This document shows, in pieces, positions 7,561-16,164 of a stretch of 25,554 bases of DNA. Source of the stretch: Candidatus Sulfobium sp. (lineage in GTDB: Bacteria; Nitrospirota; Thermodesulfovibrionia; Thermodesulfovibrionales; UBA6898). Positions within the stretch are counted from its first letter, which is position 1. Each line of letters starts with the position of its first letter. Below the pieces are notes generated by a model. That model ran no database searches and was not told where the DNA came from. It saw only the letters and a list, made by a program, of their open reading frames with translations. Location: the NCBI GenBank assembly GCA_037380845.1, contig JARRRI010000012.1, positions 48,012-73,565 on the forward strand, read 5' to 3'. The translations under genes were made by a program, and so were the position numbers.

Positions 7561-8466
7561 ATGAGACTTCAGTATCCTGTTCACACATTGGACAACCGGC
7601 TTTTGCTGCCGGCCGGTGCCGTGCTTTCGACCGATACTCTCCGGGATTTGATCTCTTCTGACGGCTCAGGGTCTTATCGGACCCTGCCGCTGCTCGAATA
7701 CGGAACGGTAAAGCATGACCTGCTCCGTCAAATGAGCAGGCCTCCGTACGATTTCATCTTCTCCCGTGAGGAGGAAATTGCAGAAATCATGGCCATGCTT
7801 GAGAATATCCACCTGGTCGTTCCGGTTTTGCAAATACTGGATTATTTCAAGAAAGATGACTACCATACCTATTGCCATGCTCTTATGGTATTTGCTCTTT
7901 CTGCATTGATTGCCGGAGATCTGTTGTCCGACCGGGGTTGGAGAGACACGCTTTCGCGCGGCCCCACCCATGATATCGGCAAAATATGCGTCCCCCCGGA
8001 GATCCTGAAAAAGGAAAGCCCGCTCACCAGCAGGGAAAGAAGTTTCATAGACCATCATACTGTAGCAGGACATATTCTGCTGAGCTATTATAACCGGGAC
8101 CTGGAAAACATTGCCGCCATGGCGGCGAGGGACCATCATGAGAGGAAGGACGGTTCGGGCCTGCTTCGCGGTATAAAGCTCGACAACCGCATGGTGGAGA
8201 TAATAGCGGTATGCGACATCTATGATGCACTTATCTCCCCGAGGCCTTACAGGCCCGTCTCATATGACAACAGGACGGCCCTGGAAGAGATCACCAAAAT
8301 GGCTGAAATGAACAAGATCGGGTGGGACATAGTAAAATCGCTGGTGGCGCACAACCGCAAGGGGAAGCCCAACTATAGAGAAACAGAAGTCTCCGGCGAA
8401 AAAAGGGGTACGCCTCCTTCACGAAATTGTCATGGAATAGTCGAAGAAGGAGATGGTGAATCCTGA
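7561..8466 (+). CDS. HD-GYP-family metal-dependent phosphohydrolase (GYP motif altered)
   Basis: TYCH, THDIGK, HHERKDGSG(LL)RG, AVCDIYDALISPRPYR. Confidence 0.88.
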   Translation: MRLQYPVHTLDNRLLLPAGAVLSTDTLRDLISSDGSGSYRTLPLLEYGTVKHDLLRQMSRPPYDFIFSREEEIAEIMAMLENIHLVVPVLQILDYFKKDDYHTYCHALMVFALSALIAGDLLSDRGWRDTLSRGPTHDIGKICVPPEILKKESPLTSRERSFIDHHTVAGHILLSYYNRDLENIAAMAARDHHERKDGSGLLRGIKLDNRMVEIIAVCDIYDALISPRPYRPVSYDNRTALEEITKMAEMNKIGWDIVKSLVAHNRKGKPNYRETEVSGEKRGTPPSRNCHGIVEEGDGES

Positions 8467-8499
8467 CGGGTGATTGTGTAACTGTTACTCTGAAAGCAT

Positions 8500-9117
8500 C
8501 TATTCCAGGTTCAATTTCTTCTTGATTTCCCTTGCAGAGGCGCTTGTCGCGTACACCGGTGTCCCCACGTCGAAAAGTTTCGATTTGCCCAGGCCGCCCA
8601 CGACAACCGGGTCAAGGCCGGCATGCTCGACGAGCTCGACGGCTGCATTTAATCCCTCTTTATCGTCGGCTGCTACAGGAATTCCGATAGTCTCGCCTCT
8701 CTTGTTGACAGTCTTTTTCAGGTCTTCAAAATAGACCGTATTGAAAGCCCTGACAATTCGGGCGCCAGGGAGTAGACGGGCCACGAAGGCGCCGGTGCCG
8801 CCCGGCTCTTTCAAAGCCTCTTCCGCGATGGCCCCGTCTCTTTCGGGGTAAGGGTTGGAGGTGTCGATCACTATCTTGCCCCTCAGGGCCTCCCTGGTTT
8901 CAGCTCCGAGCTCGTGGAAGGCCTTCATCGGAAGAGACATAATGATGACATCACCGAATGCGATCGCCTCGGCTACACTTCCGGCGCGAGCTTCAGGACC
9001 AGTCGCCTTCACAAGGTCCTTGAGAGTTTCCGGATGTCTTGAGCTGTAGAAAATTTCGTACCCGGCCTTGCCAAGCAGGGTTCCCAGGGTTCCCCCGATA
9101 TTACCTGAGCCGACGAT
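8500..9117 (-). pseudogene. NADPH-dependent F420 reductase / F420_oxidored-family dinucleotide-binding enzyme lacking a standard start codon
   Basis: The frame extends upstream of the called GTG 9012 through IVGSGNIGGTLG (Rossmann motif)...SSRHPE; VIDTSNP and VRAFNT are present. No ATG/GTG/TTG lies between the upstream in-frame stop (9178-9180) and the Rossmann motif. Confidence 0.7.
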
Positions 9118-9181
9118 TGAGTATGACTCGTAAAAAAGAAACAGTATGTGGGGTCCTTCCGAAATAAGTTCCCTTAGTCAA

Positions 9182-9436
9182 TCAATTATCATGAAACCGC
9201 ATGCCTGTCAAGCCGGTAAAGACGTGATCCCGGCGTTTATCGAAGGAAAGACAAATTGCCGGCATCGAGAATGCCGAGTGATCCGGTATGGGAGAGTGCT
9301 GTGCCACAAACTGGTAGACCCGAAGATGGCTGGACGACTGCCGGCCGTGAGTGCGTCTCGGGCAGCCCCGGAGGGCCATCACTACCATTATGGCAATGAT
9401 TACGGCTACAAAGAACGCGGCCCTTATCCTTCCCAT
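9182..9436 (-). CDS. Possible small membrane-anchored hypothetical protein
   Basis: Basic N-terminus plus hydrophobic segment (RIRAAFFVAVIIAIMVVMAL) filling an otherwise empty gap; no recognisable motif. Confidence 0.3.
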   Translation of the reverse strand: MGRIRAAFFVAVIIAIMVVMALRGCPRRTHGRQSSSHLRVYQFVAQHSPIPDHSAFSMPAICLSFDKRRDHVFTGLTGMRFHDN

Positions 9437-9578
9437 TCCAACATCATATCACAACAAGTGTTTTTGTACCTGCCGGAAGACGCGCCGGAAAACTGACGTT
9501 CTTAAAGCCCGCGCATCGTCCCGCCTGCGACTTTCTATAAAATTATCGGGGGATTTTCGTTAAAATAAGGTGATATAT

Positions 9579-11069
9579 ATGCAAAGCGCAAAAGAATATA
9601 TTCCGGTTACCGTAGACAAAAGCCATATCGTCACCATCGGCGAGAGGCTTTACACCGAAAGCATCGAGTTCGTCAGGGAGATCGTCAACAATGCATACGA
9701 CGCCGACGCTTCTCTGGTGGAGCTCGCGGTTTCGGAGGACAGCATTGAGATAAGGGACAACGGCACCGGTATGGACCGGGAAGGACTCCGGCAGTACTTC
9801 AGCATCGGCTCCCAGTTGAAACTGCATACGTCAAAGTCCCCGGTCTACCACCGGGACAGGATCGGGCAGTTCGGCATCGGGAAGTTCGCAAGCCTCTCCG
9901 CATGCGAGAGGTTCGAGGTGCTCACGAAGAAGGGCGGCTTCGTCGGCAGGGTGGTTTTTGACAAGAGTGAGTGGGAGAAGGCCGGCAATGTCTGGAGCCT
10001 TCCGCTTGAGATCATGCCGCCTGACTTCAGAAAGGAGGACGGCACGACCGTCATGCTTACCGGCCTCACCAGGACATTCGACTTGACCGATATTGAGGCC
10101 AGGATCATAGAGGGCACCCCTCTTAAGGCACCCAACTTCAGGGTGAGACTCAACAGCCATACCATAACCCCGCGAAGCCTTACGGGCCACAAAGTCCCGT
10201 TTCTCGAAGGCACGGAGTTTGGCCCCGTACACGGAGAGATCATTATCCTGCCCCAGACCATGGCGTCGACGAATGAACTGGGGATAGAGGTGAAGGTCAA
10301 GCAGGTTACCGTGCGAAGGGAGCTCTTCGGCATGGAGACCTGGGGGAAGGTGATGGCCAGGGTGCGGGGCGAGGTGAATGCCGATTTTCTGCCGGTAACG
10401 AGCGACAGGACAGGCTTTGTCAAAGACTCTCCTGAATATAGGGCTTTCGCTGCTGTCATGGAGAGGCAGGTCGAGGAGGTCCGGAAACTCCTTTCGCGGC
10501 TGACTGCGAAGAAGGAGGGCAGGGTGGTAAGTCGCGCGCTCAATGACGCTCTTCAGCGGATTTACAGGGCACTTTATCGGAATCCGGAACTGTCTCCATT
10601 CGGCGCTCTTCCCGTAGCCGACGAGACTGCGAAAGGAATAGGAGGGGCGGGCCTTCTTTCAGGAAAGAAGGAAGGCGAGCCTGCCGCCGGCGAGGTCACT
10701 GCTCCGACGGTCGTTGGGGAGGGGAAAGTTGCTGAGAAGAAAAAGAGGAAGAAACGGCCGAAGGTGAAGAGACTCACTCCGAATGCGGTCATCAAGAAGG
10801 TGAAGTTCGGGCAATACGGGGTCTCCTGTGTCGTGGACAGCTTCGGAGAGGAAGGCCCCGAGGTCTTTACGGAAGAAACGACGATCTACATAAACCGCGA
10901 CCATCCCCTTTACCGGCGGGAGTCTGCCAAGACAGATACCCATGTCCTGAACATCGCGCGACTTATCACCCAGGAGATCGCGCTTATGAAGGATTCAAAG
11001 AATCCCCGCCAGGCCTTCGAGCGGCAGAGCAGGCTTCTGAAGGACGCCTTCGTAGATAAAGAAGAGTAA
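9579..11069 (+). CDS. GHKL (HATPase_c_3, prokaryotic MORC-like) ATPase
   Basis: N box REIVNNAYDA, G1 DNGTGM, G2 GQFGIGKFA, G3 GTTV; S5-like transducer RGEVNADFLPVTSDRTGF; C-terminal IYINRDHPLY. Start ATG 9579 or GTG 9570. Confidence 0.88.
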   Translation: MQSAKEYIPVTVDKSHIVTIGERLYTESIEFVREIVNNAYDADASLVELAVSEDSIEIRDNGTGMDREGLRQYFSIGSQLKLHTSKSPVYHRDRIGQFGIGKFASLSACERFEVLTKKGGFVGRVVFDKSEWEKAGNVWSLPLEIMPPDFRKEDGTTVMLTGLTRTFDLTDIEARIIEGTPLKAPNFRVRLNSHTITPRSLTGHKVPFLEGTEFGPVHGEIIILPQTMASTNELGIEVKVKQVTVRRELFGMETWGKVMARVRGEVNADFLPVTSDRTGFVKDSPEYRAFAAVMERQVEEVRKLLSRLTAKKEGRVVSRALNDALQRIYRALYRNPELSPFGALPVADETAKGIGGAGLLSGKKEGEPAAGEVTAPTVVGEGKVAEKKKRKKRPKVKRLTPNAVIKKVKFGQYGVSCVVDSFGEEGPEVFTEETTIYINRDHPLYRRESAKTDTHVLNIARLITQEIALMKDSKNPRQAFERQSRLLKDAFVDKEE

Positions 11070-11162
11070 AAGCTGAAAAAGAACTCGTCGATTTCTCGGC
11101 TTCTGATGCCCTGAGGAGGGGATGCAAATGGCGGCGCTGGAAAGAACAGGAGGGGAGGTCGA

Positions 11163-12539
11163 ATGAAGATAAAGTTTCTTGGCGGTACAAGGACGGTGAC
11201 CGGCTCCTGTTTCTATCTCATGGGAGAACGCAGGATACTAGTCGAATGCGGGATGTACCAGGGTCACGGGGCCGATGAAATAAACAAAAGGGATTTCGGG
11301 TTCGACCCATCGGCTGTGGAGTGTCTTTTCCTGACCCATTCGCATCTCGACCACGTGGGACTCGTCCCGAGGCTGGTAAGAGAGGGTTTCAAAGGGAGGA
11401 TCATCACGACAGGCGTTGCGGCAGACATCACTGAACTGATACTCTACGACTCGGCACACATACAGGAATCGGACGCCGAGTGGCATAACAGGAGGGCGTT
11501 GAGGTCAGGTGGAGAGGTTGCTGAGCCTTTGTACACGTCGGCCGACGTTGACAAGGTACTGTCACTTTTCGACCGCAAAGAATACGACAGGGTTGAGACG
11601 CTCTGCGAGGGCATACGCTACAGGTTTGTGAATGCCGGTCACATCCTCGGCTCATCGGTTCTGGAACTCTGGTACCGGGATGGCCGCTCTGAGCGAAAGA
11701 TCGTTTTTTCGGGAGACATAGGAAAGAGGAACAATCCAATTGTAAACGATCCTGCCTTTGTAAAGGAAACGAATTATCTCACCGTCGAGTCGACTTACGG
11801 CAACAGGAATCACAAAAGCATGGAGAGCTCAATCGATGAACTTGTCGATGTCGTCAAGACGACGTTCAGAAGAGGGGGAAATGTCATTATACCTTCTTTC
11901 GCCCTGGGGAGGACCCAGGACATCCTTTTCGTCCTCAATAAGCTGGTAAAGGAAAAGAGGCTTTTCCGGATCAATGTGTTCATGGACAGCCCGCTGGCCG
12001 AGGGCATTACGCGTGTGTATGAGGCCCATGAGGAGCTGTTTGACGAGGAGGCGAGGCGTCTCTTTAACACGGAGAGCACGGAAGGCATAAGCATCCGTTT
12101 TACGAAGAGCGTTGAAGATTCTATGGCGCTGAACAAGATCAGGAAGGAGGCGACCATCATCGCCAGCTCGGGCATGTGCGAAGGGGGGAGGGTCCTCCAC
12201 CATCTCAAACATAACCTCTGGAGGAGCGAGTGCAGCGTAGTATTCGTAGGTTATCAGGCCGAGGGAACGCTCGGGAGGGAGATTGTCGACGGCGCCGGAT
12301 CGGTTGAATTGCTGGGAGAAAGGATAGTCGTGAGGGCGCGGGTTCACACTCTGGGCGGGTTTTCGGCCCATGCCGACCAGCGGGAGTTGATGGACTGGAT
12401 ATCGAGGTTTACCAGCCGCCCCGAGACCTTCATCGTCCACGGTGAAGAACAGGCATCACTCGATTTTCAGTCTTTAGTAAAAGAGAGGTTCCATTACAGG
12501 ACCCATGTTCCCCGGAGAGGGCAGGAGTTTGAGATATAA
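11163..12539 (+). CDS. MBL-fold beta-CASP metallo-hydrolase (YSH1/CPSF-73-like RNA-processing nuclease)
   Basis: VTGSC, THSHLDH (HxHxDH), AGHILGS, SGDIG, ESTYG, SSGMCEGGRVLHH, FSAHAD, VHGE; GGAGG RBS. Confidence 0.93.
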   Translation: MKIKFLGGTRTVTGSCFYLMGERRILVECGMYQGHGADEINKRDFGFDPSAVECLFLTHSHLDHVGLVPRLVREGFKGRIITTGVAADITELILYDSAHIQESDAEWHNRRALRSGGEVAEPLYTSADVDKVLSLFDRKEYDRVETLCEGIRYRFVNAGHILGSSVLELWYRDGRSERKIVFSGDIGKRNNPIVNDPAFVKETNYLTVESTYGNRNHKSMESSIDELVDVVKTTFRRGGNVIIPSFALGRTQDILFVLNKLVKEKRLFRINVFMDSPLAEGITRVYEAHEELFDEEARRLFNTESTEGISIRFTKSVEDSMALNKIRKEATIIASSGMCEGGRVLHHLKHNLWRSECSVVFVGYQAEGTLGREIVDGAGSVELLGERIVVRARVHTLGGFSAHADQRELMDWISRFTSRPETFIVHGEEQASLDFQSLVKERFHYRTHVPRRGQEFEI

Positions 12540-12544
12540 CTGTT

Positions 12545-13024
12545 TTAAAGGTTTATGATCTCAGCCTTTATCGTTGTCGTGTCCAGAACGGCCACCGTTG
12601 ATTTTCCGTAAAGCCAGCTGCCTGCCTCGCCGGGGTTTATCACAAGGCAATCTCTCTTTTTCCGAACATCGGCCTTGTGAGTGTGGCCGTAAATGACTAT
12701 GTCGTAATGTCCGCTGTCGGCAAGTGCATCGGCGATGTGGTGCTCATGGATCACTACAATGTGTTTCCTTTCCAGTTCGAAGATATGTGGCTGATTGAAT
12801 ACCCTTCCCTCGGACATCTTCTGAAGAAGCAGTTTGTCCCCGTCGTTGTTGCCGAAGATCCCTGTAAATCCGGCCCTGAGACCTTTCAACAACCTGAATG
12901 TGAACGGCGAGGTGAAATCGCCGGCATGTATCACGTGACCGACGTTTCTTCCATTGAAAATATCCACTGCTTTTCTTATCTGCTCCATGTTGTCATGGGT
13001 GTCCGAGATAATGCCTAATAGCAT
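12545..13024 (-). CDS. YfcE/MJ0936-family metallophosphoesterase
   Basis: SDTHDN, HAGD, GNND, GHTH, INPGE; start ATG 13024 after GAGGAGG. Confidence 0.92.
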   Translation of the reverse strand: MLLGIISDTHDNMEQIRKAVDIFNGRNVGHVIHAGDFTSPFTFRLLKGLRAGFTGIFGNNDGDKLLLQKMSEGRVFNQPHIFELERKHIVVIHEHHIADALADSGHYDIVIYGHTHKADVRKKRDCLVINPGEAGSWLYGKSTVAVLDTTTIKAEIINL

Positions 13025-13108
13025 TTCTGCCTCCTCATGAATCAAAGCATTTTGGATTGAAGGTTTAATGCGTCAAATGCTTTTCTTATGATAAAGTCTC
13101 TGTCATCC

Positions 13109-13135
13109 GTCATTCCCGCCCGCCTCGGCAATGAC
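13109..13135. repeat. Short palindrome resembling the ends of GTCATTCCCGC...GGAATGAC intergenic palindromic repeats
   Basis: GTCATT-C-CCG-cccgcct-CGG-C-AATGAC. Confidence 0.45.
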
Positions 13136-13272
13136 TAAGAAAGGCTCCTTTTCGAAGCTTATATGTAAAGGGACATCTGACTTTGTACCCGGGATTAGGA
13201 TAATTTATCGCGGCGGAGGTTTTCAACGAAAGTGAGGGTGTAAGCGCGAAATGTTCCCGGCGTGAAGTACCC

Positions 13273-14367
13273 TCAGAGGGTGTCTCTGTATTTCATGGCG
13301 TTCCTGATACGCTTTCCAGCCATCTCAATGGCTATTTGTCTGGGCAGAAATTTTCTTTCAACCGAGCTTTTGAGCACCATTTCGGTATTTGTTTTTATCC
13401 TGGCGGCTATTGTCTCGAATGCCTCCCTCTCAATTTTCCGCCCATACTCCATGGCCCCCATAATTACGCCTCCGGCGTTCGCTATAAAGTCCGGAATACA
13501 GAGTATTCCTTTATTGTGCAGGGTATCTTCCGCGACGTTCGTTGCCGGAATGTTCGCTCCCTGAATTACGAGTTTTGCTCTGATGGTGTCCACGTTGCTC
13601 TGATTGATGACATCGGCCGACGCCGCCGGGACCAGTATGTCGGTATCGAGTGCGAATATTTCCTCGGCTCCAAGGACAGTTCCCCCCTTGTAATGAACGA
13701 CGCTTCCATCAGCCGCTTTTGACTCCAGGAGTTTCTTTACGTCAAGTCCGTTGGGGTTGTATATGGTCCCTTTCGTATCGCAGGCCGCCACTATGACCGC
13801 TCCCTTGTCAGAGAGGAATTTCGCTGCTGCTTTCCCGACGCTTCCAAACCCCTCGACGGCAACCCGCGATCCTTTGAGTTCAAGACCCGCATATGGACAA
13901 GCTACTTCCGCGCATTCAGCTATGCCGAAGCCTGTCGCACCCAGCTTGTCCAGGGGGAGGCCGCCTATCTCTTCGGGCAGGCCGACGGCCCTGCCTATTT
14001 CGTCGTATATCCGGGCCATGCTCTGCTCGTTGCTTCCCATGTCGGGGCCGGGAATATAATCGCTCAGTTCCCTGATCTGCCGGGCAAAGAGCCTGATAAA
14101 GCGTTCGATATGAGGGTTATCGGGAGAGGCGACTATGCCTGCCTTTCCGCCGCCGTGATTAAGGCCGGCAGCAGAATTCTTCAGTGTCATCGCGCGTGCA
14201 AGACGACCCACTTCTTCAGCGGTTACGGTGGGGGTGATTCTCAAACCTCCTATTGCCGGACCGAGTGCAGTGTTGTCGATGACCAGAACAGCCCTGAAGT
14301 CGGTTTTCGGGAAGTGGAAATGTACGACTTTCAGCGGTCCGAGATCGTCGGTATGAAGTCCCTCCAT
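13273..14367 (-). CDS. Glu/Leu/Phe/Val dehydrogenase
   Basis: GPAIGGLR, LARAMTLK, GGGKAG, PGPDMG, ATGFG, EGFGSVG, GAN, PDFIANAGGV; start ATG 14367 after GGAGGT. Confidence 0.93.
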   Translation of the reverse strand: MEGLHTDDLGPLKVVHFHFPKTDFRAVLVIDNTALGPAIGGLRITPTVTAEEVGRLARAMTLKNSAAGLNHGGGKAGIVASPDNPHIERFIRLFARQIRELSDYIPGPDMGSNEQSMARIYDEIGRAVGLPEEIGGLPLDKLGATGFGIAECAEVACPYAGLELKGSRVAVEGFGSVGKAAAKFLSDKGAVIVAACDTKGTIYNPNGLDVKKLLESKAADGSVVHYKGGTVLGAEEIFALDTDILVPAASADVINQSNVDTIRAKLVIQGANIPATNVAEDTLHNKGILCIPDFIANAGGVIMGAMEYGRKIEREAFETIAARIKTNTEMVLKSSVERKFLPRQIAIEMAGKRIRNAMKYRDTL

Positions 14368-14386
14368 CGACAGTGCCACCTCCGGC

Positions 14387-14578
14387 CTATGTCTGAACAG
14401 CTTTAATACAGTCCTCACGCCAGAGGCAGTTTATCTGATCGCATTCATGTCCCCGGGTCGCGTAGCAGGGTATATTCCCCTCCGCATTCTGGATCGCCCT
14501 TATGAGCTCGGGCTTTTTCATCTTTCCGATCCTGATGCCCATCTTCTTTGCAATCTCCCTGATATCCTTTTCTTTCAT
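14387..14578 (-). CDS. Small Rho termination factor N-terminal/SAP-like domain protein with a Cys motif
   Basis: IREIAKKMGI..KKPELIRAIQNAEGN.PC...C....CLWREDC; AGGAGG RBS. Confidence 0.8.
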   Translation of the reverse strand: MKEKDIREIAKKMGIRIGKMKKPELIRAIQNAEGNIPCYATRGHECDQINCLWREDCIKAVQT

Positions 14579-14767
14579 GGCTTTAACCTTTCGGCCTCCT
14601 TGTTATTTTATTAACCTTCTACTCATATTTCTATGCCCGGCATCGACCCGGCTGTTCAATCCCAGACCTTTTCACTTCCGGTGGCAACTCATTGTATCTT
14701 GATTAATCCTTATCACAGATTATGAACCTTTTCAACAGCGCCGGGCTACTCACCGGAGATGTCCGCC

Positions 14768-14796
14768 TTGACTTTGTGCCTCAACTTAATTATAAG
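14768..14796 (+). promoter_or_regulatory. sigma70-type promoter for the NifX/MinD-ferredoxin/metal-transport cluster
   Basis: TTGACT-N17-TATAAG; the -10 is overlapped by the inverted repeat ACTTA-ATTA-TAAGT. Confidence 0.6.
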
Positions 14797-14845
14797 TGAA
14801 TTAATAACTACAATTTGAGATATTTCTTCTTCCGTGGAGGCCGCC

Positions 14846-15235
14846 ATGAAACTCTGCATCACGTCAGACGGAAAAGAGTTGAATTCAAGCGTCGAGGAGA
14901 CATTCGGCAGGTCACCTTATTTCGTGATAGTAAACACGGAAACTCCGGAGTCGAAATCAGTAAGAAATACGTCCATGCAATCCGGCCATGGGGCCGGCAT
15001 AAGGGCGGCGCAGATAATAGCGGATGAGGGGGCTGAGGCCCTCCTGACCGGAATAGTCGGCCCCAACGCCTTCAATGCCCTGAAGGCGGCGCACATAAAG
15101 GTCTTTGAGGGTGCCTCGGAGTTTGATTCTGTCAAGGACGCTCTGGAAAAGTTCAAAAAAGGCATGTACAAAGAGGCAACGGTCCCCTCCGGAGGACCGG
15201 GCGGCGGCAGACGTTTCAGGGGCGGTCAATGGTAG
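14846..15235 (+). CDS. NifB/NifX-family (FeMo-cofactor-binding fold) protein
   Basis: MKLCITS..FGRSPYF..GAGIRAAQ..TGIVGPNAF..G-rich tail; ATG 14846 after GGAGG. Confidence 0.9.
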   Translation: MKLCITSDGKELNSSVEETFGRSPYFVIVNTETPESKSVRNTSMQSGHGAGIRAAQIIADEGAEALLTGIVGPNAFNALKAAHIKVFEGASEFDSVKDALEKFKKGMYKEATVPSGGPGGGRRFRGGQW

Positions 15236-16164
15236 ATGCCGAACTCAGGGACAAAATACTCGCAGCCCTCCACCGAAAGGTTCTTGACATCCCCGTCGTG
15301 GCAGTCACAGGTGGAAAGGGTGGCGTGGGCAAGAGTACGATCGCAATAAACATCGCCGCGGGACTGGCCGAAATGGGTCATAAGGTCGCGCTCATGGACG
15401 CTGACGTAGAGGCCCCCGACGACCATATCATGCTTGGCATCACCCTCGAAAAACCTCTCGACATTACGATTAATGTGCCGGATGTCGACGCAGGGAAATG
15501 CACAGGGTGCAGGATATGCGTTGATATTTGCAGGAGGAATGCGCTTTTTCAGCCCCGGGAAGGCGTTCCAGTTCTCATAGGAGACTGTAATGGCTGCGAG
15601 GCCTGTATGCTCGCCTGCCCCGAGGGCGCCCTTGGAAAAGAGGGGAAGAAGATAGGGGAAACATACGTAAGTGAAAGGGACAGACTGCTCCTCTTCACAG
15701 GTAAACTATTGCCCGCAATTGAGGAAAGCTCCATGGTCGTAAGTGCTCTCAGGGATCGGTTATGTGCTTCGGGCACTGGGGCGGATCTGGTCCTTGTGGA
15801 TACCTCTCCCGGAATTCACTGCAACGTTATCAATGCTCTCAGAGGAGCGGACGCTGTTTATGCCGTGACTGAACCTACAACCCTCGGTGCACATGACCTC
15901 GAACGAACGCTCAAATTACTTGGCATCCTGGGGCTCAGCTCGCACCTAATCCTCAACTTCTCGGATCTCCCGGGTCCGAGGGAAAAGATAGCCGCTATGG
16001 CAAGGGCCCTTGATGCAGAGATATCCTGCGAGCTGCCGGTTGACGAACAGGTGCTTAAGAGCCATGTGGAAGGGGTTCCTGCCGTTTCGATGTTTCCGGA
16101 CGCCGTCAGCTCAGTCTGCATGCGCCGGATAGCCGAAGATATTGCAACGGAGTATCTGCAGTGA
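15229..16164 (+). CDS. MinD-superfamily P-loop ATPase with inserted 2x[4Fe-4S] ferredoxin domain (COG1149-like), first paralog
   Basis: Deviant Walker A GGKGGVGKS, DADVEAP, CTGCRICVDIC / CNGCEACMLACP, DTSPGIHC, VTEPT. Confidence 0.9.
   Translation: MVDAELRDKILAALHRKVLDIPVVAVTGGKGGVGKSTIAINIAAGLAEMGHKVALMDADVEAPDDHIMLGITLEKPLDITINVPDVDAGKCTGCRICVDICRRNALFQPREGVPVLIGDCNGCEACMLACPEGALGKEGKKIGETYVSERDRLLLFTGKLLPAIEESSMVVSALRDRLCASGTGADLVLVDTSPGIHCNVINALRGADAVYAVTEPTTLGAHDLERTLKLLGILGLSSHLILNFSDLPGPREKIAAMARALDAEISCELPVDEQVLKSHVEGVPAVSMFPDAVSSVCMRRIAEDIATEYLQ

Noticed and set aside
9126..9137. 12-mer ACTCGTAAAAAA matching 22764-22775 in inverted orientation, as possible mobile-element ends
   Set aside because: 12-nt matches containing a homopolymer are expected by chance in 25 kb, and I see no transposase or target-site duplication.
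9146..9496. 116-aa plus-strand ORF
   Set aside because: No RBS or recognisable motif, and it overlaps an alternative minus-strand ORF with a more plausible membrane anchor.
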